Shown here in pieces: positions 57,878-64,000 of a DNA stretch of 64,000 nucleotides; position 1 is the first letter of the stretch, and every line of letters begins with the position of its first letter. Position numbers and translations under genes: made by a program. Source of the stretch: Octopus vulgaris (Eukaryota). The DNA lies in NCBI GenBank assembly GCA_951406725.2, contig OX597820.1:111042001-111106000 (forward strand), given 5' to 3'. The notes beneath the pieces are model-generated. The model was not told where the DNA came from. It was given only the letters and a program-made list of their open reading frames with translations, and did no database searches.

Positions 57878-59308
57878 CTGTAGATGTTGACTTGAAAAAC
57901 CGTCCCTCTCCCTTGTTTTTTTCCACGCTATTTACTGTAGACGTTGACTCGCAGTATGTCAAACCGAACATAAAATGTACCAGTTTCACTCTGTAAGAGG
58001 TGAGACTTGAATGTAGGACAAAGCATCACTGGGACAAATCTCCTCGGGTAACCTTATTATCGCATATTTAGAATATGAAGTAGAACAGAAGCCCGTGATT
58101 AAATAGACAAACCAAATAAGTGAAAATTCAGGTTTTAGAAGGAAAGAAAATCATTAAGAAAATTTTCAAAAATTTATTTACTTAATTTTAGTGTAACTAA
58201 AGAAAGTGCTAACCAAATGCTTTATTATTAAGTATGACATGGTGGTGGTGTTTATGGTTGACTGGCAGTCTTTAGAATGACGCACAAAATGTCTTACGGT
58301 ATTTGTTGCGATCTTTACGTTCTGCGCCACAAAGCCCACCAAGTTCGATTTTGTCTTTCAGTCATTTGACAGTGGTTAAATAAAATATTATTATAGTTAG
58401 AACTGAGGTCGATGTTATCGACTGTTCCTTTTCATCTTCAAGTTCATGCCTTATTCTTTTTCTTTCTATTATAGGCACAAGGTTTGGAGGTGGGGCTAGT
58501 CGGTTACATTGACCACAGTGATCAACTGGTATTTATCTTATCGACCCTGAAAGGACGAAAATCAAAGTTGTCCTCGGTGGACATCGAAATCAGAACGAAA
58601 AGCAAGAATAAATGACGCCAAGCAGCGGGTAAACGATTCTCACAGTCTTTTAGACAAATATTTTTATTTGTACAGACAATATTTGTTTTACAAAACTACT
58701 TTTTAACAATTTCTGAAAATCATTAAACCAAGAGCACTGTATATCAAATTAAGTGCCTAGAAGGAGCTTGCGCGACTATCCCAGAGTCTGTTCATATAAC
58801 CTACGTACCTATCCGTCTGTATGTTGAACCGACGCAACGAAAATTTTAGGAAAATAAAAATAAGAAATAAGTGGAAATGAGTGTTAAATTATGAGGTACA
58901 AAAAGAAAATGACTCTCCTCAGAATCTTGCAAACCAAATCCCAAAACGAAATATATCAAAATAATGCAATTATATGAGAATACATTTAAGATTTAAAGAT
59001 ATTTGGTTTGTTACAGGCTTCTCAGATAGAGGGAAAATTAATTGTTGTTTACACAAAAACAAGATTAGGCACACACTTTTAAACAGATACATGCACACGC
59101 TTATTCAGATATCTTCAGATATACATATGCAGACACATACAATCACAGGCGCATGTATGTTTATTAAACCCAAGCACACACACATACATGCATATATTTA
59201 TGTATACATATATAAATATATACTCTTTGTGTGTATGTGTGTATACACGCACACACTCACACACACGCGCGCACGCACACACCCACACCCACATATAAAT
59301 ATATGTAT

Positions 59309-60367
59309 GTGCGTAAGGTATTTGAGAACATACCATTTTTGGGTCATTGCTGCATTTTTTGCTAATTCTGTATAATCTTTGTTTCAGAAAATAATAATGG
59401 CAGACCCTCACCTTACTCAAGAAATGAAGAAGCATGCTGTTATTGTGGTTATAAAGGCTGAGCATAGCGATTTAGAAATATCTCGATTTTTAAAAGTTGC
59501 CAGATCTTTCGTCTACAAAGTTTGTAAGGAGCTAGAGATTGAAGATGGAAACGTATCACCAGTATCGAGGCATAAAAAGCATTCTAAACGCTCTGAAACC
59601 ATCAGAACACCTGAATTTATCCAGCAAATTCAACAGACCATTTATTACAATGCCAGAAAATCCATGAGGTCAATTGCAAATGATCTCCATGTATCAGAAG
59701 GAATAGTCAGAAATGTTGTCCACGAAGACATCATATAAGGTCAATTAGTCAGAAAAAGCAAAAGAAAAACACTATATCAGATCTAAAAGACTCTTAAACA
59801 AACTGAAAAATCCAGCAGAAGATTGGATTTGGTTTTTCTCAAACGAGAACAATTTTGACCATGATCACAAAGTTAACAGAAGAAATGAAGTTCCAAGTGT
59901 TATGCATACACAATTTCCTGCAACTGTCATAGTTTTAGGGGTTGTCAGCAATGAAGGACATGTGATGCCACCTTACTTCTTTCCACAAGATCTTTGAGTT
60001 AACTCTACCGCCTACATTGAGGTCCTGAAAATAATCGTTAAGCTCTGGATAGACAGCGTATGCAATAGAAGGCTATCACACATGGCTCTAGAAACACAAG
60101 AATGGATGGCTGAACATTTTCATGATCACAGAACACCTAACATATGGCCCCCTAATTCCCCAGATCTCAATCCACTTGATTGTGTGCATGTAGATGATTT
60201 AGATCTTGTAAAGAAGCAGTTGTTGAAGCTAAAGGTGGCTTTATTGAATAACATTATAGAAAAGAAGGTATCCTCATAGCATTTTTCGATAAATAAAGTT
60301 ATTATCTGTTATTATATATCTGTTGTCTATAAACATAAATCTGTCCTCAAATATCTTACGCACCCTG
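59309..60367 (+). mobile_element. Tc1/mariner-superfamily (DD37D/maT-like) transposon, decayed
   Basis: TIRs gtgcgtaaggtatttgagaaca / tgtcctcaaatatcttacgcaccctg+TA; HTH ORF 59379-59738; WPPNSPDLNPLD. Confidence 0.85.
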
Positions 60368-60654
60368 TACGTATGTATGCATACATGTATGTATGTATGT
60401 ATGTATGTATGTATGTATGTATGTATGTATGTATGTATGTATGTATGTATGCATGTATGTATTATGTATGTATGTGTGTGTATGTATGTATGTATGTGTG
60501 TATGTATGTAATGTATGTGTGTGTATGCATGTATGTATGTATGTATGTGTATGTGTATGTATGTATGTATGTATGTATGTATGTATGTATGTATGTATGT
60601 ATGTATGTATGTATGTATGTATGTGCAAACAGATACACATAATAGAAATATGAG

Positions 60655-62430
60655 TCTAGCATTAAAAGTCAAATCTCTTATGCTAATAGAAAGTTCGATG
60701 AAACGAGAAGAGTTTCTACTGAAGATATAAACGATTGAATTTCAGATTTTGATAAAATTAATAACCAGCCTGGAGCCAATGAATAAATTCAGGTATTTGG
60801 TGGTCACAGCTTAGCATTATGTTCTTCATGCAGAAGAATATAACCGGAAACATCTTAGTGACAATCATTTTGTCAATTCCTGAATTCATTCAGATAGCCA
60901 TTTGGGTCCATTTACAGCAACATGCCTCAGTAATTTTTCACTGTTAAAGGAAGTTTCTTTTAATAGCTCTGAACGACTTCAGTATGACTAATATGAGAGA
61001 ATCCAAACATTTCATGCAATTCATTCCTTCCCGTGGAGACAAGTTTGTTTTCAATAGTAATTAATGCTATATTGTATATATCATCATTATTTTCCTGCCA
61101 GGACATTGCAACTAAATCTGATATCTGCAATCTTGTGCAAGAGCTTTTCTTAATCTCAGCCATATTGATGCTGGATCTTCTAAGTCACAGTCTTTCAATA
61201 GCATAACAGCGACTTCAAGATTCTTCCTATGCAAGACACAGAGGCTTCTAATATAACTGTCTTCTAACGATTATCACCTTGTAGCGATTTCTAAATTCTC
61301 TGTAAGAAATTCTCTGTAAGAAATTCTCTGAAAATGATCAACAAATCAAAAATCCAGAAAAGATATGGAACCAACAATTTGATAGTAAAAGCATTCTTGT
61401 CGAGGTATATGCATAGCATATGCATCTAACTCTTAACATTAGTTCCCTTTTTTGCAATTTTATTTTGAACAAAGTTTGTAAAGAGCTGTAAAAGTGTTTT
61501 TTTCTCGACGCAAGAAAATGCCGAGCAGCAGTTTCTGCCGTGAAATAAATTGCTTGTTTATTGTCTAAGTAAACAACCAGTCGTTGAACTGGAGGACATT
61601 TTTCATGAATTAAGGAAACCAAATACTCACCGAAAAGCCTCATATAGCGTTCCATCTGAAACTGTGTGATGCCTTCCACTTGAAAATTTCGTTGTTATAT
61701 AGTGAACATTGCGGCATCAGAACCCATATCTACAGAAATTACAGTATTCTTCATTTACATGAATATTAAATGCTTTATATAAAAGCGAATAATAAAGCAT
61801 TAATTGCCAATTACATACTGGCCATTTTTTTTTTCAAAATCTCTTCTTGGATATCCATCGACACGTTTGAGTTCCTTTAATAAACTTCTGTTGAATTTCG
61901 TGCAATATATGATAGTGCTGAGGTAATTATAAGGAATAACTGGGTCGGGGCGGACTGAGTCCATCAACAAAGAGCAAAGGAAATTGTAGAACACTTTATG
62001 AGCGATGAGTTTCATTTACATATTTAGTCTTTTGTCGACATCAGTGACAACTTGAAAATATAGCATTGAGGTAGATTCTAAAACATACCAAAGACTTTTG
62101 ATTGTTTTCATAAAATGTTTCATGCAGCTTTAAAGTAATTTTATAATCTGGTGCTTGAACATATTTTTGTTGCAGTCACGTGCTTATTTTTTAATGTCCT
62201 TCCGAAAATAGATCTGTAAAATTATGGTTCTTTATTTTGTAAAGACCGAATAAAATCACCTCTCTGCTTGTACTTTAAAAGTTGGCATAAACTCATTTTG
62301 TCTCATAATTTCTGCTCCAAATTATATCATTTGAAAATTATAGCTGTGGATGTAATGTTTGTTTTTCTACTCTTTTTTTTTTTACAAATATTTTGGATTT
62401 ATAGTGGTACTGAAAACGAAATCCAATTAT
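60655..62430 (-). mobile_element. Helitron Rep-helicase remnant
   Basis: ITQFQMERY, IHEKCPPVQRLVVYLDNKQAIYF, DGYPRR and FMPTFKVQ resemble Helitron Rep-region motifs; heavily disrupted. Confidence 0.75.
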
Positions 62431-63620
62431 AAATTGTGGCCGCTCAATTAGAGACAAACAGACCTTAGCATTAGAGCCTCACGTACCGATTTATTCTTTA
62501 TCCTACCAACACACCAACACTCCTGTCACATGTCTTACACGTCGAGTCCAGAGATGCAATTTCTTTCAAATGTATCATCATGATTAGGATCATAATTAAA
62601 TGCAGTTTCTCCGTGCTTTTTCCTCAAATTTTTTATTTGTAAGATTCTATTGTTTTTAAATTTTATTTCTCAGTCTATTTCAACCTTTTGTGTTGTCTTT
62701 TTCTTTCTGTCTTTCTTCGTTTTTACAATGTTATTTGTTTGTCTTTTTCATTTTCCTGAGTATTTTCATTTCTATAATTTTCCCTCTTTCTGTGCCATTT
62801 TATTTCTCCATTTTGTTCTCGTTTCTTCCCCACATACTCACTCATTTTTTTCAACCTCATTTTCTATCCGTTTTACTTTTTATTTTCTCAGTATAACGCT
62901 TTGTCACCTTTTGAAGTTTCATTCCTTTCCTCTGTCTTTTTCACTCTTTTACGGTAATAATTATTTGTTTACTTTTCTCTCATGCTCATGAACGCTCATG
63001 AGAAAGAGATCATCATAGTGGTCTTTTATAGTTTGACAACTAAATAATACAGACATGTTCCATTCCAGGAGTACTCGACTATTTATAGTGAACTGAGAAA
63101 CAATTTCAAAGCAATTCTTGTGATTAATCTGATTTAGCATGCTACAATTCATTAATTGCTACCAATAAAACATTACCCGACTGATATAACTTTACGAATA
63201 CTGCATTGCGCTACTAGGAATAAATGAGTGAAAACCCCCCGGTTGTTAAGTACATAATGTACGATTTTTTTCATGTATGATAGTAATTGATATTGTTATG
63301 AAATAAGAATCATGAGATCCTGAAAAAATTAATGATTATTCATATGGATTTTAAATTAAATCTGTCCAAGAAATAAGTTAATTTGATTTTGTTGAATATT
63401 TTTCAATGAATTTAATGCATACTTTATCTTAAATGTACGTTCAAGATGGCGGAAAAAGTATGATTGACATTATCCCCAACCATGAATAATAAGGTTCAAA
63501 ACAAACAACTGTAACGTTGGACACTTGCATATTTGTTCTGCGTTCACTTGACACTTACGAGGCATTACAACGAAAATTTTAATTTCTAGCGAAAGAATTA
63601 TAAAATGAATATAACAGCTT

Positions 63621-63969
63621 GTGTGTGTTGATGTTGAGCGAAGCGGTCTTCTATAGTGAGAGAAGTCCAAAACGTGGTTCTTTGCTATTCGTAAGACCCG
63701 CAGAAGAGAGAGCAGGTCAACCCCCGACACCGAGAATGCGCATCCAGGCTCAGCGGTTGCGTAAGAAGTCGGGGACAAGAAACAGGAAGAAAGAGTGAGA
63801 GAAAGTTGGAGCGGAAGAGTACAACAGGGGTCACCACCACCCCCTGTCGGAGCCTCGTGGAGCTTTAGGTGTTTTCGGTCCATAAACACACACAACGCCC
63901 GGTCTGGGAATCGAAACCGCGATCCTCCGACCGCGAGTCCGCTACCCTAACCATTGGGCCATTGCGCCT

Positions 63970-63971
<2 letters not shown>
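63621..63971 (-). mobile_element. SINE family C, tail type 2
   Basis: Head and body match 40661-40855; the 3' ~150 bp is unrelated. Confidence 0.85.

Positions 63972-64000
<29 letters not shown>

Noticed and set aside
63443-63453. YY1-like AAGATGGCGG (also CGCCATTTT near 2544)
   Set aside because: Isolated short motifs without supporting promoter context.

Overview
AT-rich, microsatellite-saturated animal DNA with no intact host protein-coding gene. The tRNA-derived SINE families and the (TA)n/(TATG)n/(CA)n density suggest a coleoid cephalopod, probably Octopus (recognised from recall, not from a search). Nearly all non-simple sequence is decayed transposon: three Tx1/L1-like LINE pieces, a near full-length Penelope (RT+GIY-YIG), three RTE, two R4/Dong-like, one Gypsy, two mariner, one Tc1/DD37D-like, one hATm-like, one Helitron, hAT MITEs and about 20 SINE copies. 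Most ORF-track entries are microsatellite artefacts. Main observations: (1) about ten hammerhead-ribozyme-like motifs in unrelated small elements next to (TA)n tracts, some with retrozyme/pseudo-LTR architecture; (2) two copies of a hammerhead whose three core strands are in reversed, non-circularly permuted order with all helices preserved; (3) a Tx1-like LINE bracketed by ~200-250 bp inverted repeats; (4) a twin-priming-type RTE inversion, a (TAA)n landing pad and an exact inverted duplication; (5) a possible host promoter/first exon near 53.0-53.4 kb. All folds and alignments were done by eye and element boundaries are approximate.
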